Source: Clostridia bacterium | GTDB taxonomy: Bacteria > Bacillota > Clostridia > UBA1381 > UMGS1253 | Length of the DNA: 64,000 nucleotides | Assembly: GCA_045636325.1 (NCBI GenBank) | Contig: JAZTXH010000016.1 | Location: 12,034-76,033, forward strand | Direction of reading: 5' to 3' | Shown: positions 37,754-48,724 of the stretch, one piece after another | How the letters are laid out: each line of letters starts with the position of its first letter | Numbering within the stretch: the stretch's first letter is position 1 | Notes under the pieces: model-generated | Told to the model about the DNA's origin: nothing | What the model saw: only the letters and a program-made list of their open reading frames with translations | Database searches by the model: none | Program-made: the position numbers and the translations under genes

Positions 37754-39094
37754 ATGGATTCTGTAGGAAAAACTATGCCTTACAGCGTCGAGGCTGAGCA
37801 GTCTGTGCTTGGTGGTGTTTTAATTGATTCAAACAGTATAGCAGTTGTAAGTGAGATAGTAAAAGAAAGCGATTTTTATTTTGAACATAACAGAAATATA
37901 TTTGCAGTTATGCAGGATTTGTTTAACTCAAACCAACCGATAGATATTGTTACGGTTTCTGACTTACTGACAAGAAAAGGTCTGCTTGATAAAATTGGCG
38001 GAGTAAGTTATCTTTCGTCTATTGCATCTGCAGTTCCCACGACGGCGAATATAACACAGTATGCAGAAATTGTTTCCCAGAAAGCTACACTAAGAAAGCT
38101 TGTTGATGCGGGTAGCACTATTATGAATCTTGGCTATGATGCACCTGATGGTGTTGAATCAGCAGTAGTTCAGGCAGAAAAGGCTATTTTTGATATAACA
38201 CAGAATAATGATTCAAGCGGAGTTGTTCACATTCGAGAAGTTTTAGGCGATAGCTTTAAAATGATGCAGGAAATGGCAGATAAAAAAGGAAAGGTTTCCG
38301 GTGTGCCCACCGGATTTGGATATCTTGATCAGATGACAGCGGGTCTGCAGAAAAGCGACCTTGTTTTAATTGCCGCAAGACCGGCAATGGGCAAAACAAG
38401 TTTTGCTTTAAATATTGCCCAAAATGCGGCTATAAGAAACGGCATCACAACTGCTATATTTAATCTTGAAATGAGCCGCGAACAGCTTGCTAATCGTATA
38501 ATATGCGGAGAAGCTATGGTAAGCGGTAATAAGCTTAAAGAGGGAAGCCTTGATGCTGAAGACTGGATAAGAATAGGCGAAAACCTTGCACAGATTGAAA
38601 AAGCTCCTTTATATATTGATGACTCTTCATCGGTAACGGTGTCGCAGATAAGAGCTAAATGCAGAAGACTTAAGCAAAGGCATAATCTTGGACTGGTTGT
38701 TATAGACTATCTTCAGCTTATGCAGGGTAATGGGAGAGATGAAAACCGTCAGAATGTGGTAGCTGATATTTCCCGTTCATTAAAAATACTTGCAAAAGAG
38801 CTTAATATTCCTATAATCACACTTTCGCAGCTGTCCCGTGGTCCGGAAAGCAGGTCGGATAAAAGACCTATGCTTTCAGATTTGCGTGAATCCGGCGCGA
38901 TAGAGCAGGATGCTGACATAGTAATCTTTTTATACAGGGATGAGTATTACAATCCTGACAGTGCAGAGCAAAACATTGCAGAGTGTATTATAGCAAAACA
39001 TCGTAATGGTGAAACGGGTACAATTAAGCTTTGGTGGGATGGTGCGCACACCAGATTTATGCATTTGGAAAGGCAGTATAATGAGGAAGAATAG
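37754..39094 (+). CDS. dnaB: Replicative DNA helicase DnaB (DnaC in Bacillus nomenclature)
   Basis: 'PYSVEAEQSVLG', 'AARPAMGKTSFALN' and 'SQLSR'. Confidence 0.95.
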   Translation: MDSVGKTMPYSVEAEQSVLGGVLIDSNSIAVVSEIVKESDFYFEHNRNIFAVMQDLFNSNQPIDIVTVSDLLTRKGLLDKIGGVSYLSSIASAVPTTANITQYAEIVSQKATLRKLVDAGSTIMNLGYDAPDGVESAVVQAEKAIFDITQNNDSSGVVHIREVLGDSFKMMQEMADKKGKVSGVPTGFGYLDQMTAGLQKSDLVLIAARPAMGKTSFALNIAQNAAIRNGITTAIFNLEMSREQLANRIICGEAMVSGNKLKEGSLDAEDWIRIGENLAQIEKAPLYIDDSSSVTVSQIRAKCRRLKQRHNLGLVVIDYLQLMQGNGRDENRQNVVADISRSLKILAKELNIPIITLSQLSRGPESRSDKRPMLSDLRESGAIEQDADIVIFLYRDEYYNPDSAEQNIAECIIAKHRNGETGTIKLWWDGAHTRFMHLERQYNEEE

Positions 39095-39118
39095 AAGCTT
39101 TAATGAGGTAGTGTATTT

Positions 39119-40510
39119 ATGAGCAGCGATTCAGACAAAAAAAAGCTTGATTTTGAAAATAAATTAAGTTTATATATCAGAAAAAACAAACTTTTAAAAA
39201 AGGGTGACAGGGTGCTTGTCGCTCTGTCAGGCGGAAGCGATTCTGTTTGCCTTATAAAGTCGCTTTTAAATTTAAAAGAAGAATTTGATATAAGTCTTGT
39301 TGCGGCTCATGTAAATCATATGATAAGGGGAAGCGAAGCTGATCGTGATGAAGAGTTTGTAAGAAAGCTTTGCAAAGATTCTGATATAGAACTTGAAGTT
39401 TTAAAAAAAGATGTGCCGGCAATTTCAAAAAAGGAGAAAAAAAGCCTTGAGCTAGCGGCGCGTGAAGTGCGCTATGCTTTTTTTGAAAGTGTTTTAAAAG
39501 CAAAAGGCATAGACAAAATTGCTACGGCTCATAATAAAAATGATAATGCAGAAACAATTGTTATGAATTTTATGCGGGGCAGCGGCCTTGGAGGACTTTG
39601 CGGTATTGATGCAGTGCGGGGCAATATTATACGCCCGCTATTGTGCATGGATAAAGAGGAGATACTTTCGTATATTTCAGAAAACAACTTAGAATATATT
39701 ACAGACAGCACAAATCATTTGTGTGACTACACCAGAAACCGAGTAAGGCTTGAAATGATAGAATATATAAAGAAGCATTTTAATCCTAATTTTGTTAATA
39801 CACTTACCAATTCATCGGATATTATAAGAGAAGAAAATGATTATATCAATCTTGAGGCAGAGAAGATTAAAGATGAGTATATAGGCTTAAAAAATGGGCA
39901 GGTTTTTCTAGAATTTAAAAAATTAAAAAAACTGCATAAGGCTTTGCGGTGGCGCATAATAAGAAAAGCTGTTAAAATGGCTTTGGGGGACCTTTATGAT
40001 ATTGGACTTGATGCAATAAAAAGGATAGACAGTCTTGAAGGCGGAAAGACTGATGTGGGTTTTGGTTTTAAGGCACATTTAAGCTATGGAAGACTTTGCT
40101 TTGAAACTGATACAATTAAAGAGTATGAATATGCGCTTTCTTGTCCGGGTAGCGTGAGAATAGCCGAATGCGGAGGAGAAATTGAGTTAAGTATTATAAA
40201 AAAAGAAGAAATAAAAGAAGAAATAAAAAAAGAGAAAAACTGTGTTTATTTTGACTTTGATAAATTAGACGGATTAAAGGTAAGAAACCGCAGAGACGGT
40301 GATGTTATAAAAACCGATGGGGGAAGCAAAAAATTAAAAAAGCTTTTTACAGATGAAAAAATACCTGTGTTTGTAAGAAGCCGCATACCTGTTGTTGTAA
40401 GTGGGGAGAATGTTATATGGGTGTGTGGGGTAAGGCGTTGCAGTGAATTTAAGGTTACGCCTGATACAGACAGAGTGATTAAAATAAAGTATAATACAGC
40501 GGAGGAATGA
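39119..40510 (+). CDS. tilS: tRNA(Ile)-lysidine synthetase
   Basis: PP-loop 'VALSGGSDSV' and the C-terminal TilS domain. Confidence 0.9.
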   Translation: MSSDSDKKKLDFENKLSLYIRKNKLLKKGDRVLVALSGGSDSVCLIKSLLNLKEEFDISLVAAHVNHMIRGSEADRDEEFVRKLCKDSDIELEVLKKDVPAISKKEKKSLELAAREVRYAFFESVLKAKGIDKIATAHNKNDNAETIVMNFMRGSGLGGLCGIDAVRGNIIRPLLCMDKEEILSYISENNLEYITDSTNHLCDYTRNRVRLEMIEYIKKHFNPNFVNTLTNSSDIIREENDYINLEAEKIKDEYIGLKNGQVFLEFKKLKKLHKALRWRIIRKAVKMALGDLYDIGLDAIKRIDSLEGGKTDVGFGFKAHLSYGRLCFETDTIKEYEYALSCPGSVRIAECGGEIELSIIKKEEIKEEIKKEKNCVYFDFDKLDGLKVRNRRDGDVIKTDGGSKKLKKLFTDEKIPVFVRSRIPVVVSGENVIWVCGVRRCSEFKVTPDTDRVIKIKYNTAEE

Positions 40511-40514
40511 AAAA

Positions 40515-41066
40515 ATGAATATTCATAAGGACATTGAAAGTGTATTGCTTTCTGCAGAGCAGCTTAAAGCACGCACAAAGGAGCTTTCCGATGAAATAAA
40601 TAAAGATTATAAAGGGGAGGAAATTATCCTTATAACACTGCTTAAAGGCGGAGTTATGTTTTCGGTGGATTTGATGCGCATGCTGGATATGCCGGTTGAG
40701 ATAGATTTTATGAGCGCATCAAGCTATGGCTCATCAACCACAACATCGGGAACCGTTACAATAAAAAAAGATCTTGACAGCTCTATAGAAGGCAAAAATG
40801 TATTAATTGTAGAAGATATTATTGACAGTGGTACAACTTTGAAATGCATAGTTGAAATACTTAAAAAAAGAAACCCGAAATCAATTGAAATATGCACGAT
40901 TCTTAATAAACCGTCAAGAAGAAAAGTTGATGTGGATGTTAAGTACATAGGATTTGAAATACCTGATGAATTTGTGGTAGGCTACGGACTTGATTATGCA
41001 CAGAAACACAGAAATTTACCTTATGTGGGTGTTTTAAAGCGCTCTGTGTATGAAAATAAAGAATAA
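40515..41066 (+). CDS. hpt: Hypoxanthine phosphoribosyltransferase
   Basis: 'VLIVEDIIDSGTTL' PRPP motif. The tilS-hpt-ftsH synteny is conserved. Confidence 0.93.
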   Translation: MNIHKDIESVLLSAEQLKARTKELSDEINKDYKGEEIILITLLKGGVMFSVDLMRMLDMPVEIDFMSASSYGSSTTTSGTVTIKKDLDSSIEGKNVLIVEDIIDSGTTLKCIVEILKKRNPKSIEICTILNKPSRRKVDVDVKYIGFEIPDEFVVGYGLDYAQKHRNLPYVGVLKRSVYENKE

Positions 41067-41170
41067 TTTATGAATATTTTGTGAAACATTTAATAGAAAT
41101 ATTGTATTTGAAGTGTGTTTATGGTAGTATTCTTATTTGTGAAAGTTTTACAGCATAAGGAGCTGATATT

Positions 41171-43219
41171 TTGAAGAACAGGTTAAGTAAGATTTTATTT
41201 TATGTGGCAGTGTTTTGTACCATTGTTGCAATGATTTATGTGTTTTCTGCGCCTGAAGTGCCACAGGAAATAAAGATATATTCCGACCTACAGCTTGAAA
41301 TTAAAAACGGAAATGTTAAAAAGCTTACTGTAAGCGGAAATTATGCCGAGGCTGAATTGAAAAACGGAAATGTGATTGAGGTTGAGATACCGAATGTGCT
41401 TGTTTTCAATGAAGACCTTGGTGAAGAAATAAGAAAACAGGTTGAAAACAAAACACTTGTGTATGATACAAAAGCACCGGAGTCACAGCCGTGGTGGCTG
41501 TCAATCCTGCCGATGCTTGGCACAATGTTTATTTTCATTATAATATATTTCTTTATTATGAGCAAAGCTCAGGGCGGCGGAAAAGCAATGAATTTTGGCA
41601 AAAGCAAAGCAAGAGTTATGCTTGACGGTAAAAACAAGGTTTTGTTTACTGATGTTGCCGGTGCCGATGAAGAAAAGAGCGAGCTTGAAGAGATTGTTGA
41701 ATTTTTGAAAAATCCTAAGAAATTTACAGAGCTTGGCGCAAAAATTCCGAGAGGTGTGCTTTTGGTGGGGCCACCGGGAACAGGTAAAACGCTTTTGGCA
41801 AAGGCTGTTGCAGGTGAGGCGAATGTGCCGTTCTTCAGCATAAGTGGCTCTGACTTTGTGGAGATGTTTGTTGGTGTGGGTGCATCAAGAGTGCGGGACC
41901 TTTTTGAACAGGCAAAAAAGAACAACCCAAGTATAGTATTTATAGACGAAATTGATGCTGTGGGCCGTCACAGAGGCGCAGGTCTTGGGGGCGGACACGA
42001 TGAAAGAGAGCAGACTTTAAACCAGCTTTTGGTTGAAATGGATGGTTTTGGTGATAATGCAGGTGTAATTATAATTGCAGCCACAAACCGCCCGGATATA
42101 TTAGACCCAGCGTTGCTCAGACCGGGAAGATTTGACCGTCAGATAGTGGTGGGCGCACCGGATGCAAAAGGCAGGGAAGAAATATTAAAGGTGCATTCAA
42201 AGGGTAAGCCTTTGGGCGATGATGTTGATTTGGCAGTGGTTGCGAAGTCTACATCAGGCTTTACGGGGGCAGATTTGGCAAACCTTATGAATGAGGCCGC
42301 ATTGCTTGCGGCAAGAAATAATGAAAAAATTATCCGTAACCGTCATCTTCAGGATGCTATGATGCGTGTGGCAGTTGGAACTGAGAAAAAATCAAGAAAA
42401 ATAAGTGAGCATGAAAGAAAGCTTACAGCCTTTCATGAGGCAGGTCATGCAGTTGTAAGCAGATTTTTACCCACTCAGGACCCGGTGCATGAGGTTTCAA
42501 TTATACCCCGCGGTATGGCAGGCGGATATACAATGCATATTCCCAAAGAGGATATATGGTATTCATCAAAGAACCGTATGCTTGAAGATATTGTTAGTCT
42601 TCTTGGCGGACGTGTGGCAGAAAAGCTTACATTAAATGATATAAGCACAGGTGCATCAAACGATATTGAAAGAGCAACTGACATTGCCCGCAGTATGGTT
42701 ACGCAGTACGGCATGAGTGATGTTATAGGGCCTATTAAATACGGCTCATCACAGGAGGTTTTCCTTGGTAAAGATTTCGGTCACAGCCGTGATTACAGTG
42801 AAAACGTTGCGGCACAGATTGATGAAGAAATAAAGCGTATAATCAATGAGTGCTTTGGCAAATGTGAAAAAATTCTTTCTGAAAACATAGAAATTCTTAG
42901 CAGTGTGGCAAATTACCTTATGGAACACGAAAAAATTACAGGTGAAGAATTTGACGCGATTTTTGAGGGCAAGCTTGAAGAGTATGAGCGTCTTTTGAAA
43001 GAAAGGGAAGAGAGAGAAAAAAAGGAAGCAGAGGCGCTTGTTTTGCGTAAGGCTGAAGAAGAAAAAAGACTATCTCAGGAAAGAAAAATTCGTGAAATGC
43101 CACCAATGGTATTTGCGCCAATCGGTGACTTTGAGCGGAAGCCTGAAGAAACAGAAGAAACTCAGCCGAAAGAAGATGATGAACAAAAGACTGATGATTC
43201 ATCTAACGGAAACGATTAA
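41171..43219 (+). CDS. ftsH: ATP-dependent zinc metalloprotease FtsH
   Basis: '[11 protein letters not shown]', 'HEAGHA' and two TM segments. TTG start. Confidence 0.95.
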   Translation: MKNRLSKILFYVAVFCTIVAMIYVFSAPEVPQEIKIYSDLQLEIKNGNVKKLTVSGNYAEAELKNGNVIEVEIPNVLVFNEDLGEEIRKQVENKTLVYDTKAPESQPWWLSILPMLGTMFIFIIIYFFIMSKAQGGGKAMNFGKSKARVMLDGKNKVLFTDVAGADEEKSELEEIVEFLKNPKKFTELGAKIPRGVLLVGPPGTGKTLLAKAVAGEANVPFFSISGSDFVEMFVGVGASRVRDLFEQAKKNNPSIVFIDEIDAVGRHRGAGLGGGHDEREQTLNQLLVEMDGFGDNAGVIIIAATNRPDILDPALLRPGRFDRQIVVGAPDAKGREEILKVHSKGKPLGDDVDLAVVAKSTSGFTGADLANLMNEAALLAARNNEKIIRNRHLQDAMMRVAVGTEKKSRKISEHERKLTAFHEAGHAVVSRFLPTQDPVHEVSIIPRGMAGGYTMHIPKEDIWYSSKNRMLEDIVSLLGGRVAEKLTLNDISTGASNDIERATDIARSMVTQYGMSDVIGPIKYGSSQEVFLGKDFGHSRDYSENVAAQIDEEIKRIINECFGKCEKILSENIEILSSVANYLMEHEKITGEEFDAIFEGKLEEYERLLKEREEREKKEAEALVLRKAEEEKRLSQERKIREMPPMVFAPIGDFERKPEETEETQPKEDDEQKTDDSSNGND

Positions 43220-43289
43220 GATTTTAATTTTTCCTATCTTAAAAGGTGTGGAAAAGTTATATAAATAATGTATAAAGGAGTTTATAGTT

Positions 43290-43487
43290 ATGATTACAAA
43301 AGATATGATTATTGCGGAGATTCTTGAAATTGATGAAGGATTGAGCGAATTTTTGCTTAATATGGGAATGCATTGTTTGCATTGTCCGTCAGCAGTTGGT
43401 GAATCTTTAGAGGATGCATGTGCTGTCCATGGTGCAGACTGTGATGCATTGGTTGCTGAAATGAATGCGTATCTGGAGAGTAAATAA
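43290..43487 (+). CDS. DUF1858 / hybrid-cluster-protein-associated redox disulfide domain protein
   Basis: 65 aa with 'GMHCLHCP' and 'ESLEDACAVHG'. Confidence 0.75.
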   Translation: MITKDMIIAEILEIDEGLSEFLLNMGMHCLHCPSAVGESLEDACAVHGADCDALVAEMNAYLESK

Positions 43488-43533
43488 TTTTAAAACTGGC
43501 GGGTGCTGTGGAGGTGTTCAATCCGCAGCACAT

Positions 43534-43582
43534 AGCCGACAGGAGAAATGATTTTTAGTGTGATTTTTGTTTCTGTCAGGCT
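43534..43582 (+). repeat. Miniature copy (D) of the CTGACAG/CTGTCAG hairpin family
   Basis: AGCCGACAGGAGAAA...TTTCTGTCAGGCT, intergenic. Confidence 0.5.
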
Positions 43583-43617
43583 AAAACAAACACTTCGCGT
43601 TTGCGAGGGAGGTTATT

Positions 43618-44880
43618 ATGAGCGGGATTTTAAACAGAATTAATCTGATGATTTCCAGATACCTGTCAAATCGGTTGCTTATGCGTGAACAGGGGATACT
43701 TCTTGGTGTTATGGCATGTATGCTTACTGCAGGGGCATTTTCTGCGGCGTTTATAAATATTTTTCTTTATGAATTTGCAAATAGCGTTAATTATGACGGA
43801 TTATACGCAGTTGCACGATACAATATGCTTTCATCTGTATTTATGATGGTTTTCTGTATAGTGGCAGGAATTGTTGTTAAACGCATTACCTATAAGCGGA
43901 GTATGACGGCAGGTGCTGTAATTCATATTATATTTTATGTTTATATTATAATGTTTGCCCGCAATCCTCAAGAGCATATTACTTTTATGGCTATGCTTTC
44001 AGGTATGGGAACAGCGTTTTTTTACCTTGCGTATAATTCACTGATTGATGTTATGGTAGGCAATGTTTCAAAAAAGCAGTACATAATGTTTCAAAGCATT
44101 ATTTCTATGACAGCGGGAATTATTTTTCCTCTTGTGTCGGGCATTATTGTGTTTATGCTAAAGGAAATTACCGGATATATTACGGTTTTTATTATATGCA
44201 TTTTACTTTGCGTTGCGTGCATGGTGCTTTGCATTATGATACCTGAAGTACCGGGGCAAAGCAGGAGAACGTATTTTGCAGGTGTTTTGATAAAGTCTTA
44301 TGTTTCAAAACAGTACAGAGCGGCTTCAATAAGCGATTGTATGCGTGGAATAAAAGAAGGAATTCTTATGTTTCTTTTGCCGGTTGTGATTGTAAGAACA
44401 ACTGAAAATGCCTTTATGGTGGGGTTGTATGTATCTGCATGTACTGTAGCGGCAATATTAGGAAATTTATTACTTGAGAAATTTGATGTGATGAAATATC
44501 CTTATATAAAAATGCTTTTTGCTATTTTGGTGCAAAGCGGAGCGGCGGTTGTGCTTGTGTTCAGACTCAATATATATGTTATATTTATTTTCGGCATTAT
44601 AAATGCATTTTTCGGACCGATGAGTATGGCACCTGTCAATGTGCAGTATTACAAAGCTTTAGAGGCAGCGGGCACAAATTTAAACAAAAAAACGCTTGAA
44701 ACATCCTGCGTAAAAGAGATTCATTATAATTTCGGAAAAATTATTGCAATATTATTGCTTGGGCTATCAATTGCAAACACCGCAGGTATGTTTGTGTTAA
44801 TAAGCATATTTTTTGCTTTGCAGGTGATAACGTGGATAAGCTGCGTATTAGCAAGAAAGGCTGAGAGTAACGGGCAGTAA
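43618..44880 (+). CDS. Polytopic membrane protein, MFS-like transporter
   Basis: 420 aa with about 12 hydrophobic segments. I recognise no diagnostic motif. Confidence 0.55.
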   Translation: MSGILNRINLMISRYLSNRLLMREQGILLGVMACMLTAGAFSAAFINIFLYEFANSVNYDGLYAVARYNMLSSVFMMVFCIVAGIVVKRITYKRSMTAGAVIHIIFYVYIIMFARNPQEHITFMAMLSGMGTAFFYLAYNSLIDVMVGNVSKKQYIMFQSIISMTAGIIFPLVSGIIVFMLKEITGYITVFIICILLCVACMVLCIMIPEVPGQSRRTYFAGVLIKSYVSKQYRAASISDCMRGIKEGILMFLLPVVIVRTTENAFMVGLYVSACTVAAILGNLLLEKFDVMKYPYIKMLFAILVQSGAAVVLVFRLNIYVIFIFGIINAFFGPMSMAPVNVQYYKALEAAGTNLNKKTLETSCVKEIHYNFGKIIAILLLGLSIANTAGMFVLISIFFALQVITWISCVLARKAESNGQ

Positions 44881-44921
44881 ATGTTGATGCTTGCTTTGGC
44901 TATGAAAGGAACAGTGAAGTT

Positions 44922-46046
44922 ATGATTCTAAAAAATGTTACATATTTAAATGACAGTTTTAAGTTTGAAAAAGGCGACATATCTATAAATGACGGAAAAT
45001 TTGAAAAGATAGCGGTATCGCTTGCAGATGACGGCGAATGTATTGATATGTCAGGCAAAAGGATTATACCCGGATATGTTAATATGCATATGCACGGGGC
45101 GGTGAATCAGGGCGTTGATAATACAGACTATGAAGGATATAATAAATTGGGAAGATATCTTGCATCCACCGGAACAACTTCTTATCTTATGGCGCCGACT
45201 ACATGGCTTAAGGATGATTTAATGAAATTTGTTTCTGTTATTAAAGATGCTATAGAAAGAAAGCCTGAAGGGGCTAACCTTTTGGGAATCAATATGGAAG
45301 GGCCGTATCTTTCTGAAAAATACAAAGGTGCACACCGTGCTGATTGGCTGAGAACACCTCTCCAAGTTGATTTCGATGAAGTAAACGAAGCATCCGGCGG
45401 CCATATTATGATAACAACTTTGGCACCTGAAATAGACGGTGGTATTGAATTCGTTAAAAAATATAAAGACAGGGTAAAAATATCTTTAGGTCATACGGCG
45501 GCAAATTTTGAGTGTTGCATGGAAGCATTCAATGCAGGCGCAACCCAGATTACCCATATGTTTAACGCTATGCCATCAATTCATCACAGAAATTTAAGCC
45601 TTATTGAAGCGGCTTTTGAGGCGGGCGCAATGGTTGAGCTTATATGTGATGGAGCACATGTTGACAAAACAACTGTGAAAATGGCTTACAAAATATTTGG
45701 CGATGATAAAATAATAGTTATTAACGACACGGAGAAATTTGCAGGGCTTCCTGATGGAGAGTATTTTAACGGATATTCAAAGTTGATTGTAGCAGATGGT
45801 GTTGCAAAGCTTGAAAATGGCACAATAGCTGGTGGTTCAGCCCCCATTCACACCTGTGTTAAAAATCTTATCAGCTGGGGAATCAGTACAGAATCAGCAG
45901 TTAAAATGGCAAGCTATAACCCGACAGTTGCTCTTGAAATAAAAGGCAAGGGTATAATAAAGGAAGGTTATGATGCAGATTTTAATGTTGTTGATGAAAA
46001 TTTTGACATTACAGATGTATATATTGGCGGAAAGCTGTTTAAATAA
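44922..46046 (+). CDS. nagA: N-acetylglucosamine-6-phosphate deacetylase
   Basis: 'PGYVNMHMHG' and 'HMFNAM', with amidohydrolase length and pattern. Confidence 0.85.
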   Translation: MILKNVTYLNDSFKFEKGDISINDGKFEKIAVSLADDGECIDMSGKRIIPGYVNMHMHGAVNQGVDNTDYEGYNKLGRYLASTGTTSYLMAPTTWLKDDLMKFVSVIKDAIERKPEGANLLGINMEGPYLSEKYKGAHRADWLRTPLQVDFDEVNEASGGHIMITTLAPEIDGGIEFVKKYKDRVKISLGHTAANFECCMEAFNAGATQITHMFNAMPSIHHRNLSLIEAAFEAGAMVELICDGAHVDKTTVKMAYKIFGDDKIIVINDTEKFAGLPDGEYFNGYSKLIVADGVAKLENGTIAGGSAPIHTCVKNLISWGISTESAVKMASYNPTVALEIKGKGIIKEGYDADFNVVDENFDITDVYIGGKLFK

Positions 46047-46066
46047 ATTTTAAGGGGGAAGTTAAA

Positions 46067-46378
46067 ATGGCAGAAAAAAAGGCAAAAAGCAAGCTTTTAA
46101 TGTATAAGGATAAGCCGCTTGTGAGACAGGGTGAAAATATTTTTTACGGAAATCCTGCAGACAAGTTTATAGTATCATTTGTTTTAAGTGATTTTAAAAA
46201 GGTTGGTCAGGTTGATGTGGCAACAAAGGTTGTTATTCAGCTTCAGCAGAACGATTCTTACCTTAACATTAAAAATAAGCTAATTAAAAAAGCACAGCGA
46301 GATAATTTGTGGGCGGCACTTGATATAGGGGCATTTTGGCTTGAGGACGCACTGTCATATGTAGCAAAGCAGAACTAA
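46067..46378 (+). CDS. Hypothetical protein
   Basis: 103 aa with a GGGGGA RBS, followed by a terminator. Confidence 0.55.
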   Translation: MAEKKAKSKLLMYKDKPLVRQGENIFYGNPADKFIVSFVLSDFKKVGQVDVATKVVIQLQQNDSYLNIKNKLIKKAQRDNLWAALDIGAFWLEDALSYVAKQN

Positions 46379-46385
46379 AACAAAC

Positions 46386-46422
46386 GGGCAAACCATTTTT
46401 TATGATGTGGTTTGCCTTTTTT
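46386..46422 (+). terminator. Rho-independent terminator
   Basis: GGGCAAACCA / TGGTTTGCC followed by T6. Confidence 0.8.
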
Positions 46423-46733
46423 ACGCTTTTTTATTGTTGAATATCTTCAAGAGTATTGTTTTTTCGGATGATTTTAAATAAATTACAGCTCATAAAAAGG
46501 TTAAAACATATAAAATAAATCTGAAAAAGTCTTGAAAATATTACACAAAAATGTATTATAGAAGATATAAAAAAACAAAGCGTGTAATAATTTAAATATT
46601 AAAAAGCTATAAAAGTGCTGAAAGATAAACAAAAATCAACAAAGATAAAAGCAGTCGATTGTAGTAAATTAACAAAAAAATGTATAGAAATTTACAATTG
46701 TTACAAAACTATTAAAAAAATTGTTAAATATGT

Positions 46734-46762
46734 TTGACAAATCAAGTTTTCTATAGTAAAAT
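46734..46762 (+). promoter_or_regulatory. Promoter of the SH3b-NlpC/P60 gene
   Basis: TTGACA, 17-nt spacer, TAAAAT. Confidence 0.5.
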
Positions 46763-46806
46763 TATATGTGTAATTTAGTGAAAACTTTTTTGGAGGGCAT
46801 GCTCTT

Positions 46807-47829
46807 ATGAAGAGATTACGAAAGATAACTACAATAGTTGCAACTGTTGCTACAATTGCTATAGTTCCCGTTCTTTCTGCATTTGCGGCAAGCGGTGTTG
46901 TTAATACAGCAGTGCTTAATGTAAGAAGCGGTCCCAGCACAGATTATGGTGTTGTAGGTCAGGTTTGCTCAGGTACATCAGTGGAAGTTTTGGAAAGCAG
47001 TAATGGCTGGTACAAAATCGGATACGGCTCCGAAACAAGCTATGTTGACGGAAGATATATTTCGCTTTCATCAGCAGAAGACAGCGTTGCAGAGTATTAT
47101 AAAGACAATAAATACGGTAAAGTTACAGCAAGCACACTTAACATTCGTTCAGCTGCGTCAACAAACAGTAGTATTGTTGGCAGTGTAGAAAATGGTGCTT
47201 CTGTTGAAATAGTAGGCAAGCAAGGCGGTTTTGTTATTGTTAAGTATGACGGTCAGGAAGGCTTCCTTTCTGAAAATTATATTGAGTACATCACAAAGAG
47301 CCAGTATGATGAGGCAACCGCTCCGGCTCCTGAACCCGTTGAAGAGCAGAGAGTTCAGGCTGCTCCTGTAGCGGCGTCTTCAACACCTAAGCCGGCTGCA
47401 GTAGCTACACCTAAGCCCACACAGGCTCCTGCACCTGCGCCCGTTCCTATGAGCAGCACAGGTAACGCAGTTGTAGATGTTGCTATGCAGTATATTGGTG
47501 TTCCTTATGTGTACGGTGGAACGACGCCCAGCGGTTTTGATTGCTCAGGTTTTACAAGATATGTATACAGACAGCTTGGATACTCACTAAACAGAACTGC
47601 TGCTGCTCAGGCAAGCAACGGTACTGTTGTTGCAAGCAAGGCGGACCTTCAGCCAGGTGATTTGTTGTTATTCCGTTCTTCAAGTGGTAGCGGAATCGGT
47701 CATGTTGGTATTTATATTGGCGGGGGCAATATGGTGCACGCACCTAAGCCTGGTTCTTATGTAAAGGTTGCAAGCATTAATACAAGCTACTACTCAACAA
47801 GATATGTAGGCGCAAGAAGATTTTTCTGA
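46807..47829 (+). CDS. Secreted peptidoglycan hydrolase: 2x SH3b, Pro/Ala-rich linker, NlpC/P60 (C40) peptidase
   Basis: Signal peptide, 'LNVRSGPSTDYGVVG' and 'LNIRSAASTNSSIVG', the catalytic 'FDCSGF', and 'GHVGIYIG'. Confidence 0.9.
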   Translation: MKRLRKITTIVATVATIAIVPVLSAFAASGVVNTAVLNVRSGPSTDYGVVGQVCSGTSVEVLESSNGWYKIGYGSETSYVDGRYISLSSAEDSVAEYYKDNKYGKVTASTLNIRSAASTNSSIVGSVENGASVEIVGKQGGFVIVKYDGQEGFLSENYIEYITKSQYDEATAPAPEPVEEQRVQAAPVAASSTPKPAAVATPKPTQAPAPAPVPMSSTGNAVVDVAMQYIGVPYVYGGTTPSGFDCSGFTRYVYRQLGYSLNRTAAAQASNGTVVASKADLQPGDLLLFRSSSGSGIGHVGIYIGGGNMVHAPKPGSYVKVASINTSYYSTRYVGARRFF

Positions 47830-47846
47830 TAAATAAAGTAATATTT

Positions 47847-47887
47847 AACCGGAGTGTTTAAAAAAGAACGCTCCGGTTGTTTTTTTC
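47847..47887 (+). terminator. Rho-independent terminator
   Basis: AACCGGAGTG / CGCTCCGGTT followed by a T run. Confidence 0.8.
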
Positions 47888-47965
47888 TGCACAAGGGTAT
47901 TGAAAATTAAATACATGTAATGTATAATAAAATGAGTTGATATTTTTTAAATTAAACATAATGTT

Positions 47966-48724
47966 TTGCAAAAATCTGGATTAGTGGTGATAAATGTGGC
48001 AGAGCGCATAGATGATTTGAAACTTAACAATTTAAAAATTATACAGGATACGGGGGGCTTTTGTTTTGGAATTGATGCTGTGCTTTTGTCATATATTGCT
48101 GAAAATCCAAATTTAAAAAGTTATATGGATTTGTGTTCAGGCAATGGTATCGTTCCTATTTTACTTGCAGGAAAAACCAATGCAGAAAAAATAGTGGCGG
48201 TTGAAATTCAGGAAAAACAGGCGATGCTTGCAAAGCGCAGTGTAGAGTTAAATGGGCTTGAAGATAGAATATACGTTTATAATATGGATTTAAAAAACGT
48301 GCCTGACGTGTTTGAAAAGGCATCTTTTGATGCTGTAACATGTAATCCACCCTATATGAAGTGTGATAAGGGTATAATAAACGGCAGGGGCGATAAGGCC
48401 ATTGCACGCCATGAAATAATGTGCACCTTAGAAGATGTTATATCGGTTTCGGCTGAGGTTTTAAAGCCGAAAGGGAATTTTTATATGGTACATAGACCTA
48501 AAAGACTTGTTGATATATTTTGCATTATGAGAAAATATAAAATTGAGCCTAAAAAAATGTGGATGGTGCATCCGTCTAAAGATAAAAAAGCAAATATTGT
48601 CTTGATTGAAGGACTTAAAAACGGCGGGGAGGACCTTAAAATGATGGAGCCTATTTATGTATATGACAATGTCGGAAATTATACTGATACAATAAACAGA
48701 ATTTACAGAAGGGACGGGAGATGA
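47966..48724 (+). CDS. tRNA (adenine-N6)-methyltransferase-like SAM-dependent methyltransferase (YabB/TrmN6 type); start uncertain
   Basis: 'DLCSGNGIV' SAM motif and 'CNPPY'. Confidence 0.75.
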   Translation: MQKSGLVVINVAERIDDLKLNNLKIIQDTGGFCFGIDAVLLSYIAENPNLKSYMDLCSGNGIVPILLAGKTNAEKIVAVEIQEKQAMLAKRSVELNGLEDRIYVYNMDLKNVPDVFEKASFDAVTCNPPYMKCDKGIINGRGDKAIARHEIMCTLEDVISVSAEVLKPKGNFYMVHRPKRLVDIFCIMRKYKIEPKKMWMVHPSKDKKANIVLIEGLKNGGEDLKMMEPIYVYDNVGNYTDTINRIYRRDGR

